A stretch of DNA of 64,000 nt from positions 28,334,001 through 28,398,000 of the forward strand of contig NC_087245.1 in assembly GCF_037042905.1 (NCBI RefSeq), written 5' to 3'. Source of the DNA: Lytechinus pictus. Its lineage: Eukaryota. Positions 36,847 to 51,219 of this stretch are shown piece after piece; positions within the stretch are counted from its first letter, which is position 1, and each line of letters begins with the position of its first letter. Under the pieces are notes generated by a model. The model was not told where the DNA came from and did no database searches. It saw nothing but the letters and a program-made list of their open reading frames with translations. A program made the position numbers and the translations under genes.

Positions 36847-39800
36847 TTGAATTGAATTTATTAGCAAATATCACTGTCAGGTACAATAATTTTACAAGGA
36901 ATAATACATCACATATAAACAAAACATTTGGTAATTGGAGCTAACATAAAAGCAAGATGCTAATCGAGGTTAGCCCCAAATAATGTCATTATCATAGTTT
37001 AAACAGTAAATCTAACTTAATCTCAATATTGTACATCAAATTCAGTACCAATTCTACTTATTATACTGTTGCAGAAAATTTCGATCATTTTCAGTTAACA
37101 TATTTACACAATTTACAAGAAAAAAATATCTTAATTATTCACAAAAATCTTTATATAGAAATATTTGTTTTCAGGCAGTATTTTACCATACCAAATTAAT
37201 TATAATCTTCCAGTAGCATTAATTTTAACGATTTGCTAAATATCTTACGACTGGGGGTGTTTCTAATATTACTTGGCAGATTGATTGTCAATTTGTTGGC
37301 ATTGCACCATGCTGTTATTGTTTAAATTGAGACGAATTTCTGATAAATCAATATGTTGTTCATCACAATTGAAAGTATGAAATAAATTTGAGTCATCTGC
37401 AAAAAGACGTAAATTGAAATAATTTGATGAGTTTGCCAGATCGTTTATATACAACAAGAACAAAATTGGACCCAAAACTGATCCTTGTGGAATACCGCAT
37501 GAAATCGACCTGTATTCGGAATTTACACCATCATAATTAACAAATTGCTTTCTGTTTCGTAAATAATCATTAAACCATTCTACTGCCTTACCACGAATGC
37601 CATAGTGTTCTAGTTTCTTAATGAGAATAGAATGATTAATCGTATCAAAAGCTTTAGCAAAATCGATGAATATTCCTACTGTCACCTTTCCTTCATCAGT
37701 ATATCTTGTAATTTGATTAATCAGATTTATCAGTGAAAGTTTCGTACTGTATCCATTTCTAAAACCATATTGGTGTTTATACAATATTTCATTCTTTTCT
37801 ATGAATTTCATCAATCGTGCATTCACTAGTTTTTCAAATATTTTGCTAATCGCGGGTAAAATCGATATTGGTCTATAATTTTCAGGTAATTTTTTATCTC
37901 CCTTTTTGAAAACTGGTATAACTCTTGCAACTTTTAATTTATCTGGAAAAATGCATTTGGTAAATGATAGATTGAATATATGCGAAAGAGGTTTGCAAAT
38001 ACAATTCATAGCATATATCAATAGTCGAACTGATATGTCACCATAGCCACTTGCTTTAGATTGATCAAGAGTGTATAACATTTCTTTAACTTCTGAACTT
38101 GTTTATTGGCAGGAAGAAAAATGTTTGACTAATGTATGGACCCATGAACTCTCGGTAATTAACATTTGGCTCCTCAATTTTCTCAGCTAGATTTTTCCCA
38201 ATAGTAGAGAAATAATTGTTGAGGAATTCAGATTCGAGCCGCTATTTTTATTCAAAAGTTCATTGATATGACTCCAAGTTTTCTTTGAATCTTTTTTGTC
38301 TGCTTTAAACTTATGTTCATAATGCATTTGCTTTGCTTCTTTAAGACGGTTGTTAACTGATTTCTGTATTTATTATATTTATTCAAACAATCTTTATTAT
38401 AATTTGATTTTATAACTTGAAAAAAAAGTTTGTGCTTTGTCGATATTGAACGCTTAATACATCGTGTTATCCAAGGTTTATTTTTCTTTTTCTGTTTAAG
38501 ACATTTTGTCTCAATAGGAGCATGTTTATTACAAACAAATAAGATCTGTCTTTGGAAAATATTATAAGCTTCATTAGGATCCATACATTCTAAAACGCTT
38601 TTCCTAAAATCAGTAGTAACATGTAGATCATTACAAAATGAATCTATTGAAAAATTATAAAATTTTCTCCGTGTTACACTATTTTTTCTTTGTTTAACAC
38701 ACTTGAAGTTCTTAAAAACGGAGTAAACTGGGAGATGGTCAGAAATATCTACTTCAATACACCCTGCTTGAATAGGATAGGCATATATATTTGTATAGAA
38801 ATGGTCAATGAGAGATATGCTAGAACTTGTTATTCTTGTTGGACTTGTCATCAACTGACGTAAGCCATAACATTCTGTCATGTGAATAAACTCACAACTT
38901 TCAGTTGGAGATAAAAGATTTATATTGAAATCTCCTACAATATTGCAATGGTTTCTGTCTAGATTCAAGTTATGCAATTGCTCGTTGAGATCAAGACTAA
39001 ATTCTTCAAAGTTACTGTTTGGTTTTCTATAAATTACCCCGAATATGATACTCGCATCCTGAATGAGAATTTTCAGCCATAATGATTCAGCATTGTGCAA
39101 GGACAAATTAGGCATTCGTTTGTAATTAAGTCCTGAATGAATATAAGCACCAACTCCTCCTCCTCTTGTAATATTTCTACATTATAATTCAAGATTATAC
39201 CATGGCATTGAAAACTGATTTATGTCTTTAACATTCCAAACTTCTGATAATGCGAATATCAAAAAATGATTTAAATTCATCTTCATATACTTCTTTCAGC
39301 ATTTCAAAATTGCGATTCAAAGATCTCACATTCACGTGCGAAATGAAGAATGACTGAGGAAAAGCTTTTGTCGAGGAAAATTTTTCAGTAGAAAGTGATG
39401 CTGTTGTTATTTGAAATGGATCAAGTTCTTCGTTATCATTAAGCGAAATTATGTTGATAAGATTAAATTGGTGGTGGTATTGGTGGTGATTTTTTTACCT
39501 GATTGCTAAGAAAGCATGAATGCTTGTAAGCAAGCAACCAGAGGACCGACGGCGGTCCTCTCCGAAGGACCTGGTACTGAGGATTAATGCCTTACCAAAG
39601 GGCACTAGCGCACCAAGTGGGAATCGAACCCGGGTCACCGGAATACGAGTCCCCCGCTCTACCGACTGAGCTATCGCGCCTCCTATGTAGTATCCATTAC
39701 GTTCATAAGCATTACGTAAAAGATAAAATAAAGACATTACATATTTACAGTTATTTCAGCTTCGAAATATCTTCTTTCGAGAGTATGATGACAGGAGCTC

Positions 39801-39961
39801 ATTTCTCGTCATTCCTGACATATATATTTTCCATTGTAAGTCCATAAGAACTTGTACCCAGCATTTTTTCTAGCTCCATTGGCGAGTCCTAGCAGCTCTC
39901 TTGTTGCACCGACGAGGTTCTCGTTGACAAAGGTTGATTCCAAGATCCGCAGAAGTTTATT
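36847..39961 (-). mobile_element. Second copy of the same LINE insertion, created by the segmental duplication
   Basis: Same ORFs (37269-38081, 38252-39115), same lesions and same TSD at offset 8572. Confidence 0.92.
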
Positions 39962-42225
39962 TATATAAATAAACAAATAAAAAATAAATGATATGAATGT
40001 AACTTACATCTGGTAAATATCTCGAGGTGAGGTGAGTCATTGGCCGGTCTGCTTGGAGTTTGCCACGATGTTGTCGGAAAGAGTCCGCTCCCAGTACATG
40101 CCCGCCAGAAATTACATAGATTGCAGCTTTCTCCTATAGGCCTATGTAGGGAAGTGTCTGGCGTATTTAATACCTTTTGGAAATAGATCACCCAGAGTGG
40201 AACAAGATTTATAATCAGCATAGGGAATGTCAATGGTAATTGTACACAGTCTTGGCAGTTGGCTGAAGACTTTCTCGCTGGAACACTGAGTTGCATGGGT
40301 TTACACGTACTCCCCCAATACGTCTTTAATCAATCCAGGCATTCCCACTGATGCTTTTCACAAAGCAGTCTGGACTCTGGGGTGAGCAATTATAATCATT
40401 CCCCATGGAAGCTTACATCCATTTGACTTTAACTGATTTCTCTCCTTTCATCTTTAAACCCTTCTGAATACAATCTCATTAAAATTCTCTGAGCTACTCT
40501 ACTACTCTCATATATACAAATTCCAATTAAAATTACTTCTTTTATTCTACTCCCGAACCCTCTTTACAAATTAATTTTCCAAACTGAACATCATGCACAG
40601 CTATAGGCTACATTTTCAATCACATACAAAACAAACAGTATTAAGTACCCTACAAAGATCTGAAGTTCATTAACTTGGTTACCAGCAAAACTGAAATTCT
40701 TTTCTTTAATGCTAGCATTAACTCTCCCATTCAATCTTAACTAAGCCAGTCAACTTAACCCTATATACATTATAAAAATATTGTGTAAAATTGCTCCATG
40801 AGGGTAATCATGTGTCCAACCAACATTGGGAATTTCTTTTGGGCATTTTTATCTATTCAGTGTGATGACTGAAAATTTTGCCCATTCTAAATAACCATAC
40901 TGGCTTCCCACATTGAGTAAAATACTGCCCCACATTGATTGGGCACATATTATTTGTAATGCCCGGGCACCATAGCCCTGGGAAGCGGGGGTGCTGGGAG
41001 TGCTGAAGCACCTCAAAAATTTCCTTGGGGATGCTGCGTGTACTATTTTCCATAGGCAGCACCCCCAGGTATTCTGAAAGATGTGTAAAATTGGGAAAAC
41101 AGGTAACCAAAAAGACCTTCATTTTTTTATTGAAACCCCCTTATTTTTGCTTTTAAAATTTACATCAGCACCCCCAGTCAAGAATCGTTCCCAGGGCCCT
41201 GCCGGGCACGCGGCTACGAAATAACGCAGCATTATGTAAGTACATGTCAGACCAAAAATAAAAACGTAATATGTACAAAGTCAATACAAAATCTCTTTCA
41301 TCTAAAATTCACAAATGAGTGAAAATTCTCACTTGATTGTCGATAGCATTTAATATTATACTATTTATGACTGAATAATGTCACCGATGATATTTGTCCA
41401 AAAAAAAAACAATTAAAGATTTAAAAAACAAAGAAATGAATGAGAAAAATAATTTCATTAGCGTAATTTTTGGCTTGTAGTTGATAAGAATGCCACAAAG
41501 AATATTTTCACCAAAAATTAGCTTTCTATAGGAGTGAATTAGAGCAAAAAGTATGATGAATAAATAATTCATATAAAAAGAAATATATGATAATTTATTT
41601 CCGTACATGCAGTGGTGTAGATTAAGTCATCCTCTACCTTCGTGCACTTTTCGTCGTGATCGCTCGATCCGCGGCCGAGATCTTAAAGGGGGGGGGGGGC
41701 TCTACAGGATATCCGATCCGATATCCGAAGATGACGTAAAACCACCCGGTACCAGGCACTCTCTAAAACAATGAGCAATACATTTATGCAAATGAAAGTT
41801 GACCAGTTCACCCTGATCATGGTTCGATATTGAAAAGAGTAACCAGGAGAGCATTTCAAGAAACAATAAAGTCAGTGATTTCCATTGACAAGTGTTATAA
41901 GCTACTGAAAATCCTTGCATCTGATTGGCTTAGAGCAAATTTGTCCAGTGAAAAACCATTGACACGATGCCTTCATGAAACGTTCCCCCGCTAAATAACA
42001 ACAAACTAAAATAGCAATAAAATGATTCAACCAGGTAATACCTGGAAAAGCCTGACACGGTTTGGTACGAGGGTGGTTCTCGTCAGGGAGTGAAAGTGTA
42101 TAAATACAGTGAGCTATAACAGAATTTAATCAGGTTTGGAGCTGATCCTGTCATCCTGAGAAGCTATCAATACACGGAAAGAATTCAAAATTGCGGGACT
42201 GGAGTGACACCCCCAATACGCCAAC

Positions 42226-44057
42226 ATGGAGTTGAAAGCAACTGTGATCCTTGCTATCCTGGCTGCACTTGCTATGTCAGGTAAGCCTTCAAATTTGTAT
42301 TTCGATCATCTGAAGGTATTATTACAAGATGATATTTTGATTATCGCAATTCATTGATAGAAATCATAACTATTTCTATTTTGTTTGATAAAAGGAGGAA
42401 TAACGCTTCATATCATTATCAATCACCACTGCTGTATTAATGGGGGAGGGGGCTAGGGGCTAGCCCCCAAACCTTCCGTGACCAAGCAAAATTTTCAATA
42501 CGAGAAAGAGAGATAAGTAGTGCAAAATGATTTTATTTTCTGAATGTTAAAATTTGTCACAAATTCATATTTTCATTTTAGAAGGTCAAAAGTTTCCGTC
42601 GCGATTTTAAAAAATATTTCCCCATTTTATTACGCAAGGTTTTTATGTGTCTTTATTACTATTATTATTTGGGGAAGGGGGTGATTATGTCTTTGTCAAA
42701 AGTTGTAACTCGTAATTCAACAATAATCATGATTTTCAGTATTCTGACTTTGTTGGGGGGGGGGGGGTTGCTAATACAAAAGAAAATTGCCTATGTCAAA
42801 TGGCTTATATCCTAAAATCTGTCAAATATTTTCAAGTTTAATATGACTATACATGAATAGTGTCACATCGAACCAAACAAACGATGAAAATCTTATTGTT
42901 CTTATAAATTCGGACTATAAGAACTAAATCATCATAAATCTTTAATCACATAAAATATATATGAAATATCAGACAGCAAGATATAGGCCTAGGCTCATTA
43001 TTGGTAAAAATTAACATTGTAAAAACTAAGACAAATATTTAACAGAAATATCACATCGGAAATGATTCATATCATTGGAATCCTGAAAGGCTTAAGAAAC
43101 TAATAGATTAATAGAAATTATTAAGTTTTCTGTACATTTTCCTCTTTTACAGCTAATGCACGAAGAGGTGATCGTGGAGGTATGGGGCCAGGGAGAGAGA
43201 GGGGAGAGGGTCGTTTCGGAGGAAGACCTGACGGAGTGCCAATGGGAGGGCCAAGGCGAGGAGGTGGTGGAATGATGGATGGAAGGAGGTTTGATGGCCC
43301 CGGGTTGGGGCTTGGTGCCCCTCAGAGGGACCAACGAAGACAATTTGGTGGTCCGATGGTTGGTGGAAGAAGATCTGACGGTCCTTTCCGTGGCTCCAGA
43401 CCTGAAGGAGTTGGAAGACCTTTCTTCGGTCAAGACGGAACCAGACGTGATGGTGGAGAAGAAGAAACCGCAGATGCCTCCAAAGAGTCTAAATCAATCT
43501 TTGATCGTTTTGGACTCGGTCCGCTTTTTAGAGGACAATCACGAGATCGGGGTCGTCTTCAGGATCAAGGAGGTCAGCATAACGACAACAGCGAAGAGGA
43601 TGGAGGTCATCGTCACCATCACCATCGCTACCACCCCCACCATCATCACCACCGTCATAATCATACTGAAGGCCAACGCCCTCACAACAAGACGGGAAAT
43701 TACCCACATCGTCATCACAACAAGACCGGAGACGGGGATTGGGACGGACCAAGATTCCAGATGAGGCCTTTCCGGTTCTTCAAAAACTGGCCATTTGGAA
43801 GACACAACCGAACCGAGGAAGGATCTCACGGACATGATGGCCGCCGCCATCCCTTTGGCAAGTTCCCAGGACGCTGGGGATCACATGAAAGCGAGGAAGA
43901 AGAGGAGGAGCAGCAGCAGCAGCAGGAGTCAACAACTAGGGAAAATGCAACCCCATCTTCCCCATCGGACGTGATAACACCATCCTCCCAACCGGAAGTG
44001 ATTGAGATTGCAATCAATGACAATGAAATAGATACTAATGTCATCGGACAACTGTAA
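42226..44057 (+). CDS. Trf: Transformer gene 3, 319 aa
   Basis: Exon 1 42226-42280, 872-nt intron, exon 2 43153-44057; protein identical to gene 2. Confidence 0.95.
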
Positions 44058-45448
44058 ATTGTGTTTTAAAAATGACTGATACTGTAAAAATGAAGTCTTC
44101 CATATCTTTCCTCTAGTATTGACTGATAAAAATTCCTGACGATGTTTCATCGATACTCAGGCATCCATATATTTTTTAATCACAAAGAGACAAGAAAATT
44201 GAATGAAGATACAACACGTTTCATCATGAATTTGACCTTTATCATTATTGAAAGACTTGTAAAATAAACATGATAAATATCATACCAAACTTATGTTCTT
44301 TCATAGCTTTACTTTTTCATACACTATACTAGATAATTTTTACATAATTTCTGAAAGAGAAAAGGAGAAAATGTGATATTATGGGTTGAGATATTTTAGA
44401 TTTATATAGAGGGGGGGGGTGGATGGGGAAAAGGAGACTCCAAATAATTATTGGAGTGAGCATGGTGAAAGAAAATAGGGGAGATAGATGCATGGGAAAC
44501 TATTATGTGTGTGAAGTGCTACAGACAGAAGCTTGAAAGGAGAAAGAGGGACGAGCCAGAGAAGCCTAAAGAACTGAAGAGAGGGAGTGCGATATTAATA
44601 AATAGACACATGAGAGATTGGGAGTAGAAAGATCATGAAGATATATAGAGAGGAAAAGTGATGAATATATTAAAGAGTGAGAGAGAGATGGAAGGGGAAA
44701 GGATGGGGTTGTTACTATAGTAATATAATGAGGTAAATTGTTACAGTATCTACCCCCATCCCCATCGTCCCAATGCTCAAGTGATCGGATCGACGGACAT
44801 ATATTCCATTAAAACACATCTTAAAAACATGCTCATCCCCCCTCATCCTGATTATTGTTGTTAGCAACGCCTCCATCATTTCCCTCCTCAATCAATCCCT
44901 TAGCCCCTGCTTGAGTTTAGGTTATCTTTAAGTTATTGTCCTTATTGTTTTACATTTTGTTAGTTTTTCTTTTAAGTCCCCCTATTGCTTTTAATCAAAT
45001 TTTGTTTTTATTATCATATTGTATTTTGTTGCTTTCACCAATATTGTATGTTTTTATGATTTAATTCATATGATTTTGTGCTTTTGTCATTACCATGTTT
45101 GATTGTGTATTGTACTTTTTATTTTGTGTGTTTATGGACCCCTACGAAAAACAGCATTTGCTGATAGAGTGCTCCATCCCACTCGTGGAAAATAAATATA
45201 TAAATAAATACATAAAAAATAAATGATATGAATGTAACTTACATCTGGTACATATCTCGAGGTGAGGTGAGTCATTGGCCCTACTATTTGTGATCTTTTA
45301 TTATAGAAAAAATAAATAATTCAAAATCGAAATTATACACATGTATCCTCGAATTTCGAAATATATATAAACAGATAGTTTTTGTTAAGAACTTGGATAG
45401 GAAAAGAAAAGGCATACCGGCCCGACAATACTCGAATTCGCATCTAGC

Positions 45449-46960
45449 CACTGGCGTAAATCCCGGGGGGATGGGGGGGGGATATATCCCCCCAACTTTT
45501 CGAGGAGGGGGGGGTGGCCTGTACAAACATCCCCCCACTTTTTACGAAATAAATGAAGAAAAAAAATCACAAGAGATAATTGTTTTATTGGTGAAAATTC
45601 TTCCCAAAATACCGCTTAACAAATAAAACAATATTATTGAATTATAAAATGCAAATAAAGACCCAGTTCACCATTTCCAAACGAAATACTTATGTCCTTA
45701 TTATAACATTGAAGAGAAACCTCCGTTTCTTCCAATTCATCAATGTTGGGGTCTTTGGGTAGGGAATAAGATGGAATGTCAATTTTTTTTTAATGTAATC
45801 TCTAATAAAACCATTAAACCATCATGGGGTAAAACAGATAATAATATTGGAGGGGTATTTGCCATATGGACATACAGTGGCGTAACTACGGGGGGCATGG
45901 GGGCACATCCCCCCCCCCCCCCCCATCGGCTGACCAAAAAAAAACGGGGAAAGGGGGAAAAGGAGAAAAGAGGGAGAAAGGAAGAGAAACGTAGTGGGAA
46001 AGAAGAAAATATTATTCATTATAATGTTATATTATATTATAATTATGTTATGTTACATTATACATAAGAAACATTTTTATCATAATTTTATGAAACATAA
46101 TTTGCCCAGGGCATACGTCTTCATTGTTCCTGGTGCTCGCATTGTCTGTTTAACGAGATATATAATCCTGTTGTACTAAAACATCCCTTTTTCAAGTCAA
46201 TATAAACCAAATATATTTCCTAGCACTTGAGTTATCATTGTTTTATGTAGTGACATATGCTTCTTTTTCATGACTAAAAAAGTGATTGCTCCATGTTAAG
46301 GTCTTCGTATATATGAAACATTTCCTTTCCGTGATTACGTTCGCATTAGTGGATTGGTGAGATTATCTGCTCTTAATGAATTCCTAAAATCAGTCCTTAA
46401 AATGTCCCTTCTTCTGAACTGAATATATCAAAAATTTTGAGCTCGCGCTTCGCGCTCGCATCATTTGGTTAATGAAATACGTATGGTCCTAGTTAATTCC
46501 TACAAAGAAACCTTAGAATGCCCCACTTCAGGTCTGAATTATCTAAATTTTCAGCTCGCGCATCGCGCTCGCATTGTTTAGCTAGACAGGTACATATCAT
46601 GATTACACAAATTTGATTATAATGTCCCTTTTTAGGTGTGAATATAAAAAAAATTCAGCTCGCGCTTCGCGCTCGCATTATTTGATCAGTGAGAAATATA
46701 CCCGTTTAATGACATTGTCCTTAAAATGTCTCTATTAGGTCAGTATAACAGGCAACTTAGCGCGCTTCGCGCGCTCATTAGCACACTCACTCGGTGATTC
46801 AACAATTTTGCTGGTGCCCCCCCCCCAATGCCGTGACCCACGATACGCCACTGTGGACATATCAATGACAATTCCTTGCATATCTAAAAACATGATTGCA
46901 AAAAAATGCCAAAATATTTCAGTCATCCCCCCCACCCATCAACACGGATTTACGCCAGTG
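45449..46960. mobile_element. Nested hAT-type element (level 2)
   Basis: TIR CACTGGCGTAAATCC/GGATTTACGCCAGTG; exact TSD CATCTAGC; empty site at ~54602. Confidence 0.9.
45875..46853. mobile_element. Nested hAT-type element (level 3)
   Basis: TIR CAGTGGCGTA/TACGCCACTG; exact TSD TGGACATA. Confidence 0.9.
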
Positions 46961-47669
46961 CATCTAGCCCTATATGCCAGCCAAAGAGTAATGACATTGA
47001 TGACATCGATGGCCATTGTCAATTTCATAACTAATAAAAATGAAAATCGCCCCTGGATACTTATAAGTAAATTTAGTGCATAGATGGTAGACGAGAATGT
47101 TCCATACCCCGTAAAAACATACCCTTGTTTAACCAATTTATTATCCCTTTATTCCAAATTTACTTGGAATATATTTTCATAGTTCGCGTACTCAGTAAAA
47201 AGAATAGTTTACATGAGTTATGATTAATCCTTCGCAGTGAATTTTTACTATGTTTAATCCTCCAGAATTTTTTTTAGATACTCCATTAATGAGACTTTTA
47301 TATTCCATTTTTACACAAAATTCCTGCCGTGGGAGGGGTCATCACAGGTAGATCAAGGGGGCGAAGCGGCGGCCCACCCCCTATTGGCGGCGCAAAATAG
47401 GAAAGTGAGGAGAAAATTAAGAAAGATAGGACGAGGAAGAAAATTAAATGATGGAAGGGGAGGGGAATAATTGAAAAAAAAAGAAAACTTTCAGGTCATA
47501 GTATAAAAATACAAAAATTCGCTCTCGCTTTGCCATAATACACAGCCATCTCTTTATTTCAAAACGTGCTTGATCTTTTTTACTTTTTAGATCGAAATAC
47601 ATAAAATCAAATTACTTATTTAGGAAGATATCCGTCTTTTAATAATTTGTAGTTTTAAATCTAAAAAAA

Positions 47670-48860
47670 AGCTCGCGCTTTGCGCTCGCATTGCTTATTG
47701 GGATAAACTGCTTGTTCTTTATTTCAAAAGTGCTTAAAAGATCCAGTTTTCAGATCTGAATATTAAAAAAATTCATTTAGCGCTTCGCGCTCGCATCAGT
47801 AATATGGTTGAGTCAGATACTATCCTGTTTATTGCTATAAGGTAAAAGAAGATTACTTTTTTGGTCGGAAAATAAAACAAAATATAAGATACGCTTCGCG
47901 CTCACATTAATTAAAATTTAGTTAGATAGCTACCATTTCCTTGATTTTAAAGTATGCTAATAATACAAATTTTTAGGCCGGAAATAACATATCTTCAGCA
48001 CACACTTCGCGCTCGAATCTAATATTTTCTAGTTAAATTCCTATCCTGTTCATGATTTGAAAAACTGTTACGATTGTCCAGTTTTTAGGTTGGAAAATAC
48101 AAACTTAGGCTCGCGCTTCGCGCCCGCATTAATTGTTTAGATTCCTATCTTGTTCATAATTTAAAAACAATACTAAGAATGTCCAGTATTTAGGTTGGGA
48201 AATCAAAAACTTTCACCTCTTGCTTCGCGGTCGCATTGTTTAGATTCCTATCCTGTTCATATTTTTTTTTTAAGTACTAAGAATGTCTAGTATTTAGGTT
48301 GGAAAATCAAAAACTTTCAGCTCGCGCTTTGCGCTCGCATTAATTGATTAGTTCCTATCCTGTTCATATTCTTTTTAAGATGCTATGAATGTCCAGTTTT
48401 TAGGTTGGAAAATAAAAAACTTTCAGCTCGCGCTCGCATTCATTCTTTACATTCATATTCCGTTCATTATTAAGTGCTAAGAATGTCCAGTTTTTAGGTT
48501 GGAAAATCAAAAACTTTCAGCTCGCGCTTCCCGCTCGCATTAATTGTTTAGATTCATATCCTGTTCATATTTTTTTTAAAGTGCTATGAATGTCCAGTAT
48601 TTAGGTTGGAAAATCAAAAATTTTCAGCTCGCGCTCGCGTCTATTGTTTAGTTAAATTCATATCCTGTTCAGGATTTGCAAAAGTGTTACGAATGTCTAG
48701 TTTGGAAATCAAATACTTTCAGCTCGCGCTTGCATTAATGGTTTAGGTAGGTTCGAATCTAGTTCATGGTCACAAATAATGTTCAGAATGTTCAATTTTC
48801 AGGTCACAATTTATGAAATATCAACATATTAGGGCTCGCGCTTCGCGCTCGCATTATTTA
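47670..48860. repeat. ~100-bp tandem array with core CAGCTCGCGCTTCGCGCTCGCATT (paralogue 55310-56680)
   Basis: Recurrent TCCAGTTTTTAGGTTGGAAAATCAAAAACTTTCAGCTCGCGC at ~95-106-bp spacing. Confidence 0.85.
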
Positions 48861-48904
48861 TTGAGGCCTTTCATCTTTAGTTAGGAATACCTCCCCTCTT
48901 CGAA

Positions 48905-48940
<36 letters not shown>

Positions 48941-49506
48941 TTGTTTGAGTTAGTAATTCTGTAGAACATAAAAACGGAAAACTCAATTGTGTCCCACCTA
49001 CCTTCAAGAAGAGATTTCCGCTCATGCCACCCGGTACCATGCGCTCTCTTAAACAATAAGCAATAAATTTATGCAAATGAAAGTTGACCAGGTCTGATCA
49101 TGGTTTGAAATTGAAAAGAGCAACTAGGTGAGCATTTCATGAAACAATAAAGTCAGTGATTTCCATTGACAAGTGTTATAAGCTACTGAAATCCTTGCAT
49201 CTGATTGGCTTAGAGCAAATTTGTCAAGGGAAAAACCATTGACAACGTGCCTTCATGAAACGCTCCCCCTGGAAATAACAAACTAAAAAAGCAATAAAAT
49301 GATTCAACCAGGTAATACCTGGAAAAGCCTGTCACGGTTTGGTACGAGGGCGGTTCTCGTCAGGGAGTGAAAGTGTATAAATACAGTGAGCTATAACAGA
49401 ATTTAATCAGGTTTGGAGCTGATCTTGTCATCCTGCTAGAGAAGCTATCAATACACGGAAAGAATTCAAACTTGCGGGACTGGAGTGACACCCCCAATAC
49501 GTCAAC

Positions 49507-51219
49507 ATGGAGTTGAAAGCAACTGTGATCCTTGCTATCCTGGCTGCACTTGCTATGTCAGGTAAGCCTTCAAATTTGTATTTCAATCATCTGAAGGTAT
49601 TATTACAAGATAAGATTTTGATTTTCGCAATTCATTGATAGAAATCATAACTATTTCTATTTTGTTTGTTAAAGGAGGAATAACACTTCATATCATTATC
49701 AATCACCACTGCTGTATTAATGGGGCCCCTAAACGTTCCGTGACCAAGCAAAATTTTCAATACGAGAAAGAAAGAAAAGGAGTGCAATATGATTTTATTT
49801 TTCTGAATGTAAAAATTTGTCACAAATTCAGATTTTCATTTTAGAAGGTCAAAATTTTCCCTCGCGATTTTCAAAAATAATTCCCCATACGCAAGGTTTT
49901 TATGTGTCTTTATTATTATCATTATTATTTTGGGAAGGGGGTGATTATGTCTTTGTCAAAAGTTGTAACTTGTAATTCAGTAATAATCATGATTTTCAGT
50001 ATTCTGATTTTGTTGGGGGGGTTGCTAATACACAAGAAAATTGCCTATGTCAAATGCTTTATATCCTAAAATCAGTCAAATATTTTCAAGTTTATTAAGA
50101 CTATACATGAATAGTGTCACATCGAACCAAACAAACGATGAAAATTTTATTGTTCTTATAAATTCGGACTATAAGAACTAAATCATCATAAATCTTTAAT
50201 TACATAAAATATATATGAAATATCAGACATAGCAAGATATAAGCCTAGGCTACTTATTGGTAAAATGAACATTGTAAAAAAAAAAAAATATTTAACAGAA
50301 ACATTCTTACAACAGTGTCACATCGGAAATAGTTCATATCATTGGAATCCTGAAAGGCTTAAGAAACTAATAAATTAATATAAATTATTAAGTTTTCTGT
50401 ACATTTACCTCTTTTACAGCCAATGCACGAAGAGATGATCGTGGAGGTATGGGGACTGGGAGAGAGAGGGGAGAGGGTCGTTTCGGAGGAAGGCCTGACG
50501 GAGTGCCAATGGGCGGGCCAAGGCGAGGAGGTGGTGGAGTGATGGATGGAAGGTTTGATGGCCCCGGGTTGGGGCTTGGTGCCCCTCAGATGGACCAACA
50601 AAGACAATTTGGTGGTCCGATGGGTGGTGGAAGAACATCTGACGGTCCTTTCCGTGGCTCCAGACCTGCAGGAGTTGGAAGACCTTTTTTCGGTCAAGAC
50701 GGAACCAGACGTGATGGTGGAGAAGAAGAAACCGCAGATGCCTCCAAAGAGTCCAAATCAATCTTTGATCGTTTTGGACTCGCTCCGATTTTTAGAGGAC
50801 AATCACGAGGTCGGGGTCGTCTTCAGGATCAAGGAGAAGGTCAGCATAACGACAGCAGCGAAGAGGATGGAGGTCATCGTCACCATCACCATCGCTACCA
50901 CCCCCACCATCATCACCACCGTCATAATCATACTGAAGGCCACCGCCCTCACAACAAGACGGGAGATTACCCACATCGTCATCACAACAAGACATTTGGA
51001 AGACACAACCGAACCGAGGAAGGATCTCACGGACATGATGGCCGCCGCCATCCCTTTGGCAACCGAGGACGCTGGGGATCACATGAAAGCGAGGAGGAAG
51101 AGGAGCAGCAGCAGCAGGAGTCAACAACTAGGGAAAATGCAACCCCATCTTCCCCATCGGAAGTGATAACACCATCCTCCCAACCGGAAGTGATTGAGAT
51201 TGCAATCAATGACAATTAA
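49507..51219 (+). CDS. Trf: Transformer gene 4, 284 aa
   Basis: Exon 1 49507-49561, 858-nt intron, exon 2 50420-51219; 66-nt in-frame deletion and earlier TAA. Confidence 0.95.

Larger units (their letters stand above)
25513..44100 (+). repeat. Near-identical tandem segmental duplication, period ~8570 bp
   Basis: The ORF track repeats with offset 8572 then 8569. The only differences I noticed lie in or next to homopolymers (intron poly-G of 12/15/13 nt, a poly-G near 33116/41688, CCCA/CCAA near 32828/41400). Confidence 0.95.
45281..49026. mobile_element. Same hAT insertion upstream of gene 4, left end deleted, carrying two nested elements
   Basis: Colinear with 54440-56849; right end ...TTTCCGCTCATG|CCACCCGG. 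Confidence 0.85.
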
